A stretch of 64,000 bases of DNA from Scenedesmus sp. PABB004. Lineage: Eukaryota. The notes beneath the pieces are model-generated. The model was not told where the DNA came from. It was given only the letters and a program-made list of their open reading frames with translations, and did no database searches. Location of the stretch: positions 372,001 through 436,000 of the forward strand of contig JABVCE010000014.1 of the NCBI GenBank assembly GCA_014905635.1. The letters are read 5' to 3'. Below are positions 1 to 13,700 of the stretch, piece by piece (the first letter of the stretch is position 1; each line of letters starts with the position of its first letter). The translations under genes and the position numbers were made by a program.

Positions 1-3000
1 CGGTAGCGGTGGTAAAAGTGCGCGCGCTCGCTGTAGAGCAGCAGGCGCGCGCGGCGGTTGAAGAAGAGCGCGCGCGCGCGCGTGGCCTCGCCGTGCGAGC
101 AGTACTCGCTCAGCGCCGCGTAGTCGGCGTCCACGGAGCGCAGGAAGTTCCTGCTTGCAGGACGCGCGCGCGCGCGGCGCGGCGGCGGCGGCGGCGGGCA
201 TGGCGCGGTCGCGTTTGATCGCGTCAGCAGTCCGGCGCGCCGAGCTGCGCGATGCACTGGCGGCGGCGCCTGCCCGAGGGGCAACCCCCGAGAGGCCGAG
301 AGGCCGGGCCCCTGCGGCGCGCACCCTAAAAACCTCAACTCTAAACCCTAAACCCACCTGAGGCGCACAAAGTCAAAGTAGCTCGGCACGACCAGCAGCA
401 GCCCGCCGCCGCCGCCGCCCTCGGCCATGAGGCGCGGCCAGAGCGCGGCCTTGAAGTGCTCGAACCGCGCGTCCGGCGCGCCCGCCGCCGACGGCGAAGC
501 GAAGCGCTCGAAGAGCTGCCGCACCTGCGCCGCCGCCGGGCGCGGGCGCGGGGGCGCGCAGCGGCGTCAGAGCGCGCGCGGCGCTGCGCGTGCGCGCGTG
601 CAGGCGGCGCAAGCACGCACGCGCACCTGCGGCACCACCTGGCCCAGCACGCCCGGCGGCTGCGGCACGAGCCGGACCTTGCCGGCGTGGCTGGTCGCGA
701 GCGCGCCAAACGCGGCGTTGAGCTGGGGCGAGGCAAAGGACGAGGTCATGATGGTCTGAGGGGGGGTGGTGCGCAGGGACGGGTGCGGCGGGTGGGACGG
801 GCGCGCGGCAGGGGCGGGCGGGTCGGAGCAGGTCGGCAAGTGGGGCGCGCTGCAGCCGCGGGCAGCGCGGCGCGGCGCGGCGCGGAACGGCGCGGCTCGG
901 CGCGCGCCGCGCCTGGCGGTACAACGCCCCCTGGCTGGCGAGCAGCGGCAGGCGCACGCGCATGATGTCGGTGCCGTGCTGCGCCTTGGGCAGCTGGTTC
1001 AGCGCCTCCAGCACTGCCGCGGGCGGGGAGGCGCGTGAGAGGGCGCGCGAGCAGACACGTGCTGCGCGCGCGCAGCTGTCGGCCGCGGGCGGCGCCCCGC
1101 GCGGCGCGCACCCGTGACGACGTGCGCCCAGTTCTGCATCAGCATCACGTCCGCGCGCTCGACCACGCACACCTCGATGGAGCTCAGAAAGTCCGCCTCG
1201 CTCCCGGGCGGCGGCGCGCGCGCGGCCGCGCCGCCGCGCCCCCGGCGCCGGCGCCGCCGCCGCCGCCGCGCCCGCCGCGCCCGCCGCGCCGCCCGCCGCG
1301 GCCGCCGCCGCGGCCGCCGCGGCCGCCGCCGTCGGGCGCGGCGGCCGCTGCGGCGGCGGCGGCGTCCTCGGCGAGCTTGGTCGCGAGGCCCATGGGGCTG
1401 GCGACGATGATGTCGGCCTGCAGCAGGTCGGCAAAGAGCTTGATCTGCCCCCGCGTGATGCGGATGCCCAGCCTGCGCGCGGGGCGGGGCGGCGGCGCGG
1501 CGCTGAGCTGGCGCGCGGCCCGGCGGCGCGCGCGGCCGCGCGGCGACGCGCGGCGCGGAGCGGCGCGCGCCTGAAGTGGTCGTCCAGGTTGCCCGCAAAG
1601 AGCGCGCGGTGCTCGGCGGGCTTGGGCGCAGCCTTGCGCTTGGCGGCGGCGCCGCCGTCGGCGCCGCCGTCGGCGCCGTCCTCGCCCGCAAACTGCTCCA
1701 GGAACTTCTCCTTGCCCTGCGCGCGCGCCGCGGGGTTTGGGGTGTAGGCCGCAGGGGCGGGCGGGCGCGGTGGCTCACGCACGCAGGCGGGCAGACACGC
1801 GCGCGAGGGGGCGGCCCAGCGCCGGCGGAGCCGCGCCGCCGGCGCGCAGGGGGCCCGCGCGCGCGCCCCTCAACCCTAGCCCAGCCCCGCACCTGCACCG
1901 AGTCGGCGCGCGTCTCCCTCTGCGCGAGCGACACCAGGCGCCGCACGAGCGCAAACGCGGCGTTGCGCATCGGCACCAGTATGAGCGCCTTGGCCCGGGT
2001 GAAGCCCTGGTCGCGCGGCGCGGCGCCACCGTCGTCGCAGCCTGCGGCGGCGGCGGCGGCAGCGGCGGCGGCGGCGGCGGCGGAGGCGGCGGGTCAGGGC
2101 GGGTCGGGGCAAGCCGGGCGCGGCACGGGCTCGCAGGCCCAAAGCCGGCGCAGGCGCGGGGGCGGGCCTCGCTCACCGCCCTGCTGCTGCGCCGCCTTGG
2201 CGCGGTCGTTGTTGCGTTTGATCGCGTCGGCGGTCTTGGCGCAGTGGTTGAGCACGTGCAGTAGCACCGCGTCCAGCGCGGCGTCGGGCGCGCCGGGCGC
2301 CCAGCCGCCGGGGTAGGGCTTGGCCGGCAGCAGCACGTCAGCGTAGCTGTCAGCAAGCGCAAAGAGCGCGGCCTGCTGGCGGTCTGCAAAGTCACCGTAG
2401 CCAGCGCCGCTGCTGCTCGCGCCCGCGCCGCCCGCGCCGCGCTCGGCGTCGGCCTGCGGCGGCGGCGGCGGCGGCGCGAGGCGGCGCGGGCGTGGGCAAG
2501 CGCACGGCGCCGCCGGCCCCGGCGCGGCGGGCGCCCCCGCGAGCGCGCGCTGCGCGCAAGCCGCGCTCACCTGGTGCACCTCCCGCCAGCGCGTGATGAG
2601 CCGCTCCTTCACGCCGTACGCCGCCAGCCGCTCGTGCACGTGCGGCAGCGCCTCGCGCCCCGCCAGCTGCCACCTGCGAGCGCGGCGGCCGCTCGGCGAC
2701 GCTGGCCGCGCGCGCACATGCTGCCCCCCCCCCCCTAGGCTGGGCGCACCCCAGCTCCGCCTGCGCCGCAGCCCCGCGCGCTCACTTTGCCCGCTTCCAG
2801 ACGCCCTCCAGCGCGTCGTCGCCTGCCGGCGGGTCGCGCCACTGCGGCCGCTCCGCCCTGAGCGCCGCCGCCTCCTGCTCGCTCAGCTCCCGCGACACAA
2901 ACTCGTCCCAGCTGCTCGTCGCGGCGGTGCCGCCCTCCGCCGCGCCGTCGTCGGCGCCGTCGGCCGCGGCCTGCTGCTGCTGCAGCCGCCGCCGCCGCCC

Positions 3001-3528
3001 GCCGCCGCCGCCCGCCGCCTGCTCCTCGTCCGGCGGCGCCTCGTCGGCGCCGCCCTCACTGCCGCTGCCGCTGCCCGCGTCGGCGTCGCTGCCGCCGCCC
3101 GCGTCGGCGCCCTCGCTGCCGCTCTCCTCCCCCTCGCCGCCCTCGTCCTCATCCTCCTCCTCGTCCTCCTCCTCCTCTTCCGAGCTGCTGGCGTCGCTGG
3201 CGCCCTCCTGCTGCAGCTGGCGCTGCTTCAGCGCCGCGCCGAGCGCGCCGCGGCGGCTCGACAGCATGCCGACCAGCGCCGAGTAGGCCTCCCCCGCCGC
3301 GGGCGCCCCCACGTCGTCTTCATCGCGGTCGGAGCCGGCCCCAGGCGCCGGCGGGCGCGGCGCGCCGCCGCCGCCGCGCGCCGCGCCCCGGCCGCCGGCC
3401 GGCGCTGCTGCCGGCGCCGCCGCGCCCGGCGCCTGCTTGTGCCGCTTGGCGGGCGGCGCTTCGGGGAGTGCGGTTCGTGGACCAGCCGGCGCCTTGTGCT
3501 GCAGCAGGGCGGCGAGCCGGGACGCCAT
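1..3528 (-). CDS. UTP25: U3 snoRNA-associated protein 25 (UTP25/DEF), multi-exon, 3' end runs off the window
   Basis: ATG at 3528 (MASRLAALLQ) with an acidic N-terminus. Spliced motifs: DQGFTRAKALILVPMRN, HRALFAGNLDDHFR, DIIVASPMGL, DFLSSIEVCVVERADVMLMQNWAHV, RLLLYSERAHFYHRYR. Confidence 0.9.
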
Positions 3529-3904
3529 GCCTCGCCGGCAGCAGCAGCGACAGCGGCGGCGCCGCGCCGCGCGTGCGGCGCCGTGTCTCGCGAGCTCCCC
3601 GGGAGGTCCGCAGGATCGGTTACCTGCCACTCGGAACCACGGAACCGCGTTTGGCGCTGAGCTAATCGGCAGAGCGCATTCAGGGCCCGCGCGCGCCGTC
3701 GTCGCTTTCGAGAACCGCCGTGCAGTCGAGAGGCGGCGCCGGTGCCTGAGCAAGCAGCCACGGCGACAGCGGCCCGCACGGCTTGAACGCCCCCACCGGC
3801 ACAGCCTGCCGCGCCGCCGCGCGCGCGCGGCACAGCCCGCCGCAACCGCTGCTCGCAGCGCGGAGCGATGTAGGCCGATCGACCGCCAGCGCCACGCAGC
3901 CGCC

Positions 3905-6900
3905 ATGCGCGTCAGCGAGGCGAGCGACGTGAGCTTCGAGCGCCTCAGCGACAGCGGCGCGAGGGCGGCGCCGGTGCAGCAGCAGCAGCGGGGCGCCGCG
4001 CCGCTGCGGGCCGCGGGGCGCCCGCCGCGTCCGTCCGACGCCAGCTTCGCGTCCACCGAGGACGATGACGGCTGGAGGCCGGCCCACGCCGGCGCCGGCG
4101 CCACGTCCTGGCAGGTGCGGGCCGGAGCGGGCGGGTGCCGTCGCTGCTCGCGTGCGCGTGCGCACGCGCGGCGCCAACCGCCGCGCCGCCGCCGCGCGGC
4201 CGCCAGGACGTGGACCGCGAGGCGCTGTCGGGCGCGGTGCTGCGACTCATCAGCAGCGTCGCGTCAAAGGCGCCGGCCGACGACCGCGGCCGCGACGCGG
4301 TGTGGCATCCGACCACCACGCTCATGCTCGAGCGCAACCTCAACGACCCGCTGGGCTTCGGCCGCATCGACCTCACGGCCATGCGCCTGGTGCAGGACCG
4401 CGCCGGCGGCGACCAGGCCGGCGGCGGCGCGGCGCGGCCGGGCGGCGGCGGCGCCGGCGGCGGCCAGGTGGGCGCGCGGGCGAGGGAGGGAGGGAGGGCG
4501 AGGGGGAGGGGAGCGGTCGGAGGGGAGCGCCGCGCGCCTCTGAGCAGCGGCGGCCCGTCGCTGCGCCGGCAGCAGTGCGCGAGGCAAGGGCCGCCGCGCG
4601 CCGCGCCACAGGGCGCCGTGGGACGCTTCTTCGGCGAGCTCGCGCGCGCCGGCAGCGGCGCGCCGCACGCCGCGCCGCCGCCGCCGCCAGCGCGCGCGAG
4701 CGGCGGCGCGGCGCCGCCGCGGCCGCTCGCGGCGCCGGGGCAGCTGCTGCCCGGCGAGGAGGGGTTTGACCCTGAGGCCTACCTCGCGACCTTCCACGCC
4801 GCCGCGAGCGCCGCCGAGCTGCGCGACGGCCTGCGCGCGCTCGAGCGCGACCTCGGCGAGCGCACGGGGCAGCTCAAGCAGCTGGTGCGGGGCGGCCGCC
4901 CCGCGCGCCGCAGCGCGCGCCCGTGGGCCCGCCCCCGGGCTCCCTCACGCGGCGCCGCCCGCCTGCGCCCGCCCGCGTGCGCCGCTCGGCGGCCCGATTC
5001 GAATTCGAACCGCCAGGTGAAGCAGAACTTTGACCGCTTCATCTCCTGCAAGACCACGATCGACGACATCTACGTCAAGCTCCAGCGCATCGAGTCCGCC
5101 GACGCCGGCATCAGCAGCGAAGTGCTCTACGCCGCCATACGCGAGGCACGGCCACGCCGCCGCCGGCGGGGCAGCGACGCCGCCGACGCGCGCACGCCTG
5201 CACGCGCGCCGCCCGCCCACGCCCCGCGCCCGCCGCCGCCGCCGCCGCCGCGGCGCTGCAGGTCCAGGAGGGCGCGGGGCGGGTGTTTGGCCCGATCCTG
5301 GGGCGCAGCGCCAAGGCGGAGCGCATCCGCAGCGTGCAGGCGCTGCTGCGCCGCTTCTCGGCCCTCTTCTCGGCGCCGCAGCGCATCCGCGCGCTTACTG
5401 TGGCGCGCGACTACGAGCAGGTGCCCCCCCCCCCCCCCCGCGCCGCCGCGCGCACGCGCGCGCGTCGCCCGCCCGCGCCGCCGAGCGCCCACACCCGTGC
5501 GCCGCGCGCCGCGCGCCGCCAGGTGACCGCGGAGCTGCGCAAGGCCAACGCGCTGATCAAGCCGGGGCCCAAGACCATCCGCGTGTGGGCCAGCCTGTAC
5601 GAGGAGGTGGAAAAGGTGCGCGGCTCAAACTTCAGCGGGTGGCGGCTCGCAACAGCTCCGCGCTTGGTGCCGCCGCCACGCCGCGCGGCCCAGCGTCCCG
5701 CCACGCGACCCCCCGCCGCCGCCGCCGCCGCCGCCGCCGCGCTGGCGCCGCCGCAGCGCGTGTCGGACGCGTACGCGCAGCTGCAGCAGGAGGTGGCCGA
5801 CCCGGCGCTGCCCGCGCCCGCCGCAAGCGAGCTGGTCGGCCACATGCTCGCCCTGCAGGTCGGCCGCGCCGCCGCAACGGTGGCGGCGCGCGGCGCGGCG
5901 CCTCGCAGGCTGCGGGGCGGGCCCAGCGCACCTGCGCCCACGCGCCCCTGCCGCTCGACCGCGGCCGCCGCAGGCGGAGGGCCTGCCCGCTGCGCGCGGC
6001 GCCGACCCGCTTGCGCTGCTGCTGGGCGCGCGTGAGGCGGCGTTTGGCAGCGCGATGGCCGCGGTGGCGGGGGAGCACGAGCGCGCGCTGGCGCGGCTGC
6101 GCGCCGTAATGGCGGCCGCCGCGGCGCCGGGGGCCAAGGCGCAGGTGCGCGCAGCACGGCGCGGCGCGGCGCGGCCGGCGGCCGCGCGGGCGCCAGGGCC
6201 CTGCCGCGCGTGGCCCGCAGCGCGCTCGAGCGCCCCGCGCGCGCGCCCTCGCAGGACCCCGCCGCGATCACGGACGCGCAGCTGCTGGCGTGGCAGGGCG
6301 CGTGGGACGGCGCCGCTGCGGCGCGCGCGGGCCTCATCAGCCCGGGCAGCAGCCCCACCGCGGCGGCGGTCGCGGCTGCCGGCGGGGCCGCGAGCGTGTT
6401 TGCGGCGAGCCTCGCCGGCGCGCCAGCAGCGGCGCCGGTCGGCGGCAGCGCCGGCGCGGCGGTGCTGGACGCGCTGGCGGCCGCGTCCGGCCCCGGCGGC
6501 GGCACCGAGCCGCCGCCCGCGCTGCTGCGGCCGCCGCCGGCGCTGCCCGGCGGCGACACGGCGGGCAGCGGCGCGCTGCACGAGGCGCTCGCGCTCGGCC
6601 TGCCGAGCGCGCGGCACCTCGCAGAGGTGGCGCCGCTGTCGGGGCTGCAGCCGCCGCCGCCGCGCTCGCGCCTCGCGGGCGACACGCGCTGCACCGCGGG
6701 CGAAGCCCTGTACCTGCGGTGAGGTCGCGGGCCGGGGCGGGCCGCGCTCGCGCGCCTCCCGCGGCCGCCGCCCTGACACCGCCGCGCCCGGCGCGGCGCG
6801 CCCGCAGGCACCTGCAGCGCCGCAGCGAAGTGCTGCTGCAGTGCCTGCCCAGCTTCTGGCAGGCCGCGGGCGCGAGCCAGCTCGCGGCGCCGCCGCACCT

Positions 6901-8029
6901 GCCCGCCGCGGCCAAGGCGCAGCTCGCGGCGTCGCAGGCGAGCGCGGAGGGCATCCTGTCCCGCCTCGTCCAGCAGTACGCGGCGGCGGTGCAGGCGGTC
7001 GTGGCGGGGCTCGTCGGCGTCGGCCCGCTGCGCGAGGCGCTGCTCGCGGCGGCCGAGGAGCTGGCGGGCACGGTGTCGGCGCTCGAGGCGCTCGCCGCGC
7101 CGCCCGCCGCGCTCGACGCCGTGCGCGCCCTGCTCGCCGCGGCGGTCGCGGGCGGCGTGCGCCAGCTCGTGGCCCACCTCGCCGCCGTGCCCGCGTGGCT
7201 CGTCGGCCACGAGGGCTGGCAGCTCAGCCTGCAGCACAGCGGCGAGCAGCCCGTGAGCCTGCTGCCGGAGCAGCTGCAGGTGGGGGCGCGTGCTGCTCGC
7301 TGCACGCTGCGCCGCCCGCGCGCGCGCGCGCCGAGCTCGCGCGCTGGAAAGGCGTCCTGAGAGCCCTCGAACACGCGCCGCTGCCTGCGCGCGCGTCTTG
7401 CAGGAGGAGGTGACAGTCGCGCTCCAGTTCTACCAGCAGCTGCTGGCCTGCAGCGCGACGACGCGCGCGCCCGGCGCGGCGCCGCCGGCCGCGTCGCGCG
7501 TCGTGCCGCCGGAGCAGAGCACCAAGCCGATGCGGGACGCCTACTTCGGCTGCCTGGAAGACACCGTGCGCGCGTGCAGGGTGGCCGCGGAGCAGCTGCG
7601 CCCCGCGGCGCCGGCGGGCGCCGACGGCGGCGGCGGCGGCGCCGACGCGCCGCGCGCGGGCAGCCCGCTGCGCGCCGAGAGCCCCGCCCGCGGCACCGGC
7701 GGCGGCGCCGGCGGGGGCGGGAGCGGCGCGGCGGCGCTGAGCGAGCTGCTCTTCCCGGACGGCGGCGACGCGGCGGCGGGCACGTTTGGGCTGCTCGCGC
7801 CGGGCGCCGGCGCCGACGGCGGCGGCGGCGCCGGCGTGCTGCGGCTCGTGCTGAGCGACGACGTGCGGCTGCTGCTGATGGGCGCGAATCTCACGTTCAT
7901 GCGCGAGCGCCTCGTGGGCAGCCTCACGCAGCGCTTCCTGCTCGTGCTCACGGGTGCGCGCACGCGCCGGCGCACGCGCCGCTGGCTACTCCCCGCGGCG
8001 CGGCGGCGCGCCCGCCGATCGGCGCCCGC

Positions 8030-8060
<31 letters not shown>

Positions 8061-9304
8061 GCCCGGCAGGCGAGGTCGCGTCGGAGCTGGACCGGTGCAG
8101 CCGCTACGTCGTCAAGCTCGCCTCGCGCCTCGACCTCGCCATTCAGGCGCGCGCCCGGCGGCGCGGCCGGCCGCGCGGGCCGCGCGCCCGCGCTCGCACC
8201 ACCCGCGCCGCCGCACGCCGCCGCACTCCGTCTCTCTCACTCCCGCGCCCGCCACACCCCTCCCCGCCCCGCCGCTGCCGCCGCCGCCGCCGCGCAGGCG
8301 GTGCACGGCGTGTACCTCGAGCGCAAGCGCCGCGCGGTCGACCGCCTCGTCGCGCACTACGTCACGCCCGGCGGCGCCGCCGTGGGCGCGCCGCCCGAGC
8401 TCGCCGACGTCTCGCCTCACGCGCACGCGCTCGTGGGCCTCGCGGTTGGCGTGCAGAGCGAGGCTTACACCTACGCCCGGTGGGTGGACGGGCCCTCGGC
8501 GAGGGCCGACGAGGCTGGCGGGCTCGGGCGAGGGCTCGGGCGGCGAGCGCGTGGCGCTTGTGCCCACCACCCCCGCCCCGCCCCGCCCCGCGCCGCGCAG
8601 GCCCTACATGCGCCTCCTGCTGCACGCGACGCTCGAGCACCTCGGCGCGTCGCTCTCGAGCGCGCTCGCGGGCCTGCCGCCCGCGGGCGGGCCGGCCGGC
8701 GGCGGCGGCATCGCGGTGGAGGCCCTAGGGCAATACTTCATGGACCTGGTCTACCTCGACGCCGTGCTCAGCAAAGCGGGTGTGGCGGCACGCACGCGCG
8801 GCGCCCGCGTGGAGCCGCCGCCGCCGCCGCCGGGCGCCTGGGCGCGCGCGGGGCCGCTGCCGCGGCGGGCAGCGAGCCCGCCGCGCCGCGCCGCCCGCGC
8901 GCCAAGCTGCCCGCGCCGACCCGCCCCGCCCCGCGCGCCCGCTGGCCGGCCAGGCCCGTCGTCGCTGAGCGTCGACCTCACCGCCGCGTACGCGCTGCTC
9001 GCGGCGCGCATGTGCCCCGGCGGCGGCGCCGGCCGCGCCGACACGCCGCTGGCGCGCAACATCCGGGCGATCGCCGACCCGGGCGAGCTCAGCCGCAAGT
9101 AGGTGCCGCCGCGGGGCGCGCGCCGGCTGCTGGCGCGGGCTGGCCAGGCCGCCGCCTGCCGACGCCGCCGCCTGCGCTCGACGTGCGCGCAGGCTGCAGG
9201 TCACGTGCCGCAAGGCGCTGCGCGGCGTGCTCGAGCGCAGCTCCTTCACCGTGCGCTGCCTGCTGGCCCCGCCCTCGGCCGGGCGCGGCGGCGACGGCCC
9301 GTGA
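3905..9304 (+). CDS. SEC5: Exocyst complex component SEC5/EXOC2, multi-exon
   Basis: Exons encode DPLGFG, FDPEAYLATFH, LKQLVKQNFDRFISCKTTIDDIY, FGPILGRSAKAERIRSVQALLRRF (Sec5 domain hallmarks). Last exon KLQVTCRK...GDGP ends at TGA 9302-9304. Start codon is less certain. Confidence 0.85.
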
Positions 9305-9797
9305 ACGGGGCCTCGAGAGAGCGCGCTGACCAGGGTCGATCGCCGGGCGCTGCGTGCGCGACGGGCTCGCACGCGGCGGCGGCGCTCGAGATGGCCTGCA
9401 ACCGATCCTCGCCGGCGCTGCTGAACTCGAGCGCCCGCGGGGCGATCGCCGAGCCGCCGGCAGCGGCGGCAGCAGCGACCGCGGCAGCGGCGGCGACCGC
9501 GCGCCGCACGGCTCTCGCCCCGGCGGGCGCGCGTCCCTGACGATCGCGGCGATCGGCCTGCGCATCTGGGCGCCCCGCAGCGCCGCGGCTGTCACGCCCG
9601 CGGGTCCAGGCGTGACTGCCGCGTGCGTCGTGGTCATGGCGTGCACGCCCACGCCGCAGCCGGCACCGCGCCGGCACCAGGAGCGCGGGGGCGCGCCACC
9701 GGCGCCCACAGCATGCTGCTGCGCGGCGGCACGCGCTAGCCCTCGCTGCCCTTGCCGCCACCGTCCAACTCTCGCCCAGCAGCGCAGAGCGGTCGCC

Positions 9798-10723
9798 ATG
9801 CGGCTCTCCGTGGGCGCCGGCGTCGCGCCCGCGGCGCGATGGAGCGCCGCCGCTCGCGTTGGCGGGCCGTGCAGGTGCGCAGGCCGCGCCGCAGCCGGCC
9901 ATCCTGCTGCGCCCGCCCCGCTCACGCCGCGGCGCCGCACGCAGGCGCCGGGCGCTCACGGCCTCTGCCTCGGCCACACGCACCTCTCCCACGACCGCCG
10001 CCGGGCCGCGCGCGAGCGGTGAGGCGGGGGCGGCCCTGATCGGTCGCGAAAGCTGCGGGCTGTCGCCCACCGTCCCCGCGCCCGCCCGCAGGCGCGCGGC
10101 CCCTGGTAGTGGGCGGACCCACGCCCCGCCGCTGGTCGGGCGTCACCCGCGTCGCCACGCCCGCGCGCGAGGTGCGGGGCGGCCGCCGCCGGCGGCAGCA
10201 GCACAGCCGCCGCGTCCGCCCGCGCGCGCCGCTCACGCCGCTGCCGCCGCGCCGCGCAGACGGCGACGGGCTCTGAGGTCACGTCCAAGCTGGGGTCGAG
10301 CGCGGAGGTGATCCAGCTCTACCGCTACCCCGGGCTGAGCAGCTCCGCCGCGTCGACGCTCCTGCACAAGGTGCGCCGCCGCGCGGCGGCGGCGGCGCGG
10401 CATGGCGCCCAGCAGCGCGCAGCAGCGATGCCGCCCAGCGGCAGCGGCGCGCAGTCGCGGCGCCGAGCCACCGCGCGGCGTCGAGCCGCCGCGCGGCGTC
10501 GCGCGTCCGCGTGCGCGCAGGCGCAGAGCAAGGTGAGCGACGCCATCAACTCCATCGACGGCGAGCTCTGCTTCAACATCGGCCTCGCCGCGCCGCTCAG
10601 CGCCGACGAGGCGGAGAAGCTCGCCTGGTGCGCGCGCGCCGCGCCGTGGACCCGCCCACCCGCCCTACGCCCGCGCGCGCGGTGGCCCCGCCGCACCGCA
10701 CCCCGCGCGCGCCCGCGCCTGAC

Positions 10724-10772
<49 letters not shown>

Positions 10773-13700
10773 GGCAGGCTGCTGCGCGAGACGTTTGAGC
10801 CGCAGCAGCTCACGCCCGCGAGCATCTTTGACGGCCGCGTGGAGAGCCAGGTCGTGGTCGAGGTCGGGCCGCGGACCAACTTCAGCACCGCGTGGTCGAC
10901 CAACGCGGCCAGCATCGCCGCGAGCGTCGGCCTCGACAAGGTCGCGCGCCTCGAGCTCAGCCGCCGCTACCTGCTCACCTGCGCGCGCCCGCTCAGCGAC
11001 GACGAGCGCGCCGCGTTTGCCGCGATGGTGCACGACCGCATGACCGAGCAGGTGCGCCGCCGCCGGCGCCGCTGCCGCGGCTGCCGCCGCCGCCGCCGCT
11101 TCTGCCGGCGCCGCCGACCCCGCGCCGACCCTGCGCCGCCGACCCCGCGCGCGCCGCGCAGGTGTACGAGGCGCCGCTGGCGACGTTCAAGGTCGACGCC
11201 GCGCCGGCGCCCGTGTTCACGGTCCCGGTCATGGCCCAGGGCCGCGCCGCGCTGGAGGCGATCAACGAGGTGCGGCCCGCGCCGCGCCGTGCTGGGCCTG
11301 GGAGCTCTGGGGCTGGGGAGCCGCGCGCTGCCGCGTGTGTTGGTGTTTGCGTGGTGCCGCGCGCGCGCGCGTGCCTGCGCTTGCGACAAGAGGGAGCCGG
11401 TGACATTAAACACAAACACAACGCACGTATTACCTGAGCAATCGCAGTGCTGAGCTGTACGCCTGAGGCTCCCCCTCGCCGCAGCGCGTGGCGTGGCGCG
11501 GCGCTGACTGCGCGTGTGCGTGCGTGCGCGTGCGCGCGGCCCGACGATGAACACCAATTGATGCATTTCCAGAACCAAAAGCGTGTGGAAAACACTTGGA
11601 GACCTGAACTGAGGGCTGCGCTGCGCGCGTCTGGCGTGTGTGTGTGCGTGCGCGAGCAAGCGGCGACGATGACCAAACTGACTAATCCCAGCTCTCTGTA
11701 GCCGGGCAAACGGCAACGGCATTGCCGCCGGCGTTGAGGACCAACTATGACGGTAGCTGAGCCCTTGCTGCGCCCTCCGCGCGGCGTGTGGTCGTGTGCT
11801 GCTGCTGCCGTTGGCGTGCGCGTGTGGCGGGACCGAGGCGACGATGACCAAACTGACTAATCCCAGCTCTCTGTAGCCGGGCAAACGGCAACGGCATTGC
11901 CGCCGGCGTTGAGGACCAACTATGACGGTAGCTGAGCCTTTGGCGTTGGTTGTGTGCCATGCGTTCTCTGGGCCGCGACCCCGGAGCCCGGCTGGGCGCT
12001 CGCCTGCCGCCGCACGCCGTCCGCGCCCCGTGGCGCCCGCTGACGCGCCGCGCGTCTCCGTCGCGCCCCGCAGGAGATGGGCCTCGCGTTTGACGAGTGG
12101 GACCTCGACTACTACGCCCGCCTCTTTGCCGACATGGGCCGCGACCCCACCAACGTGGAGCTCTTTGACATTGCGCAGTCCAACTCGGAGCACTCGCGGT
12201 GGGCGGGCGGGCTGGCGCGCCGTGGCTCGGCTCGCGCACGCAGCGCGCGCGCGCGCGCCGGTGCGCAGCGCGCCGACAATGCGCCGCCGCCAACAATGTG
12301 TCGCCGCCCGCAGGCACTGGTTCTTCAAGGGCGACCTGGTCATCGACGGCGCCAAGGCGCCCGACAACCTCATGGACGTGGTCACCGCGCCGCTCAAGGT
12401 GCGCGCGTGTGTGTGTCACGCGGCGGGCGAGCCCGCGCGGGGTGAGAACCCTGCTGACGCCGCGTTGGCGGCCGCCGCCCGCGCAGGCGCGCCCCGAGAA
12501 CAACAGCGTGGTCGCGTTCAAGGACAACTCGAGCGCGATCCGCGGCTTCGAGGTGACCGCGGGGCTTCGCCCTCCCGCGCCCGCCCGCGACTGCACCTGC
12601 GGCCGCCGCTGCCGCGCGGCGCCGCGCCGACGAGCCCGCCGCGCCCGCCGCGCAGGTCACGCCGCTGCTGCCGCGCAACCCGGGCGGCCCGAGCGCGCTC
12701 GCGCCGGCGGCGCGCGACTGGGACCTGCTGCTCACCGCCGAGACCCACAACTTCCCCTGCGCCGTCGCGCCCTACCCAGGTGCGCGAGCGCACGGGCGGC
12801 AGCGGCGGTGCCCGCGGCGCGCGGCGCAGCGGCCGGTGCAGCGGCCGCGGCAGCAGCCGCGGCAGTGCGGGGCAGGCGGCCGGCGGCTCGGGGCAGGCGG
12901 CCGGCAGCGCGGGGCAGCGCAGCGCCGCACCCCGCCAGGCGTATCTGGGCCGCTGGAGCCGCCCGCGCCCCTCGGGGCGCGGGCGGCGCTGAGGGCCGCC
13001 TTCGAAGCCCTGGCCAGAGCGACCCGCCTGTGCTTGCGACGTGGCCCGCGGCCCCGCCATTCGCGGTGCCACTACTTTTTGCCAGGGACAGCGCACAGCG
13101 CCCGCTCGCGCGCACCACCCCACGCCGCGCGGCGCCAGTGCGCCGCCCGCGCCGCCGCCGCGCTCACCCGCGTCGCCGCCGCGCCGCGCCCCGCCGCCGC
13201 CGCCCAGGCGCCGAGACGGGCGCGGGCGGGCGCATGCGCGACACGCACGCGACCGGCACGGGCAGCATGATGGGCGCCGGCACGGCCGGCTACTGCGTCG
13301 GCAACCTGCGCCTGCCCGGCGTGCCGGCGCCGCACGAGGACGAGAGCTTTGCCTACCCGGACAACCTCGCCTCGCCCCTGCAGGCGCGCCGCTGCCCGCG
13401 CCGCGCGCCCGCCCTCGCCTGCGCTCGCGGGCGCCCCGCTCCCTCGCCCCTGCGCGGCGCCGGGGGCCGCGCCGCCCGCCGCGCGCCGCGCCGCTGGCTC
13501 GCACCCTGCGCGCCGCGCTGCCCGCTCGCACCCCGCGCCGCTGGCTCACGCCGCGCCGCCGCCGCCGCCGGCGCCGCCGCCGCAGATCCTGATCGACGCC
13601 TCCAACGGCGCGAGCGACTACGGCAACAAGTTTGGCGAGCCCCTCGTCGCCGGCTACACGCGCACGTTTGGGCAGCGCCTGCCCGGCGGCGAGCGGCGCG

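Noticed and set aside
9305..9797. Possible small minus-strand gene between SEC5 and purL (APRALEFSSAGEDRLQAIS)
   Set aside because: No recognisable domain or consistent exon structure; the space is accounted for by the SEC5 3' UTR and the purL promoter.
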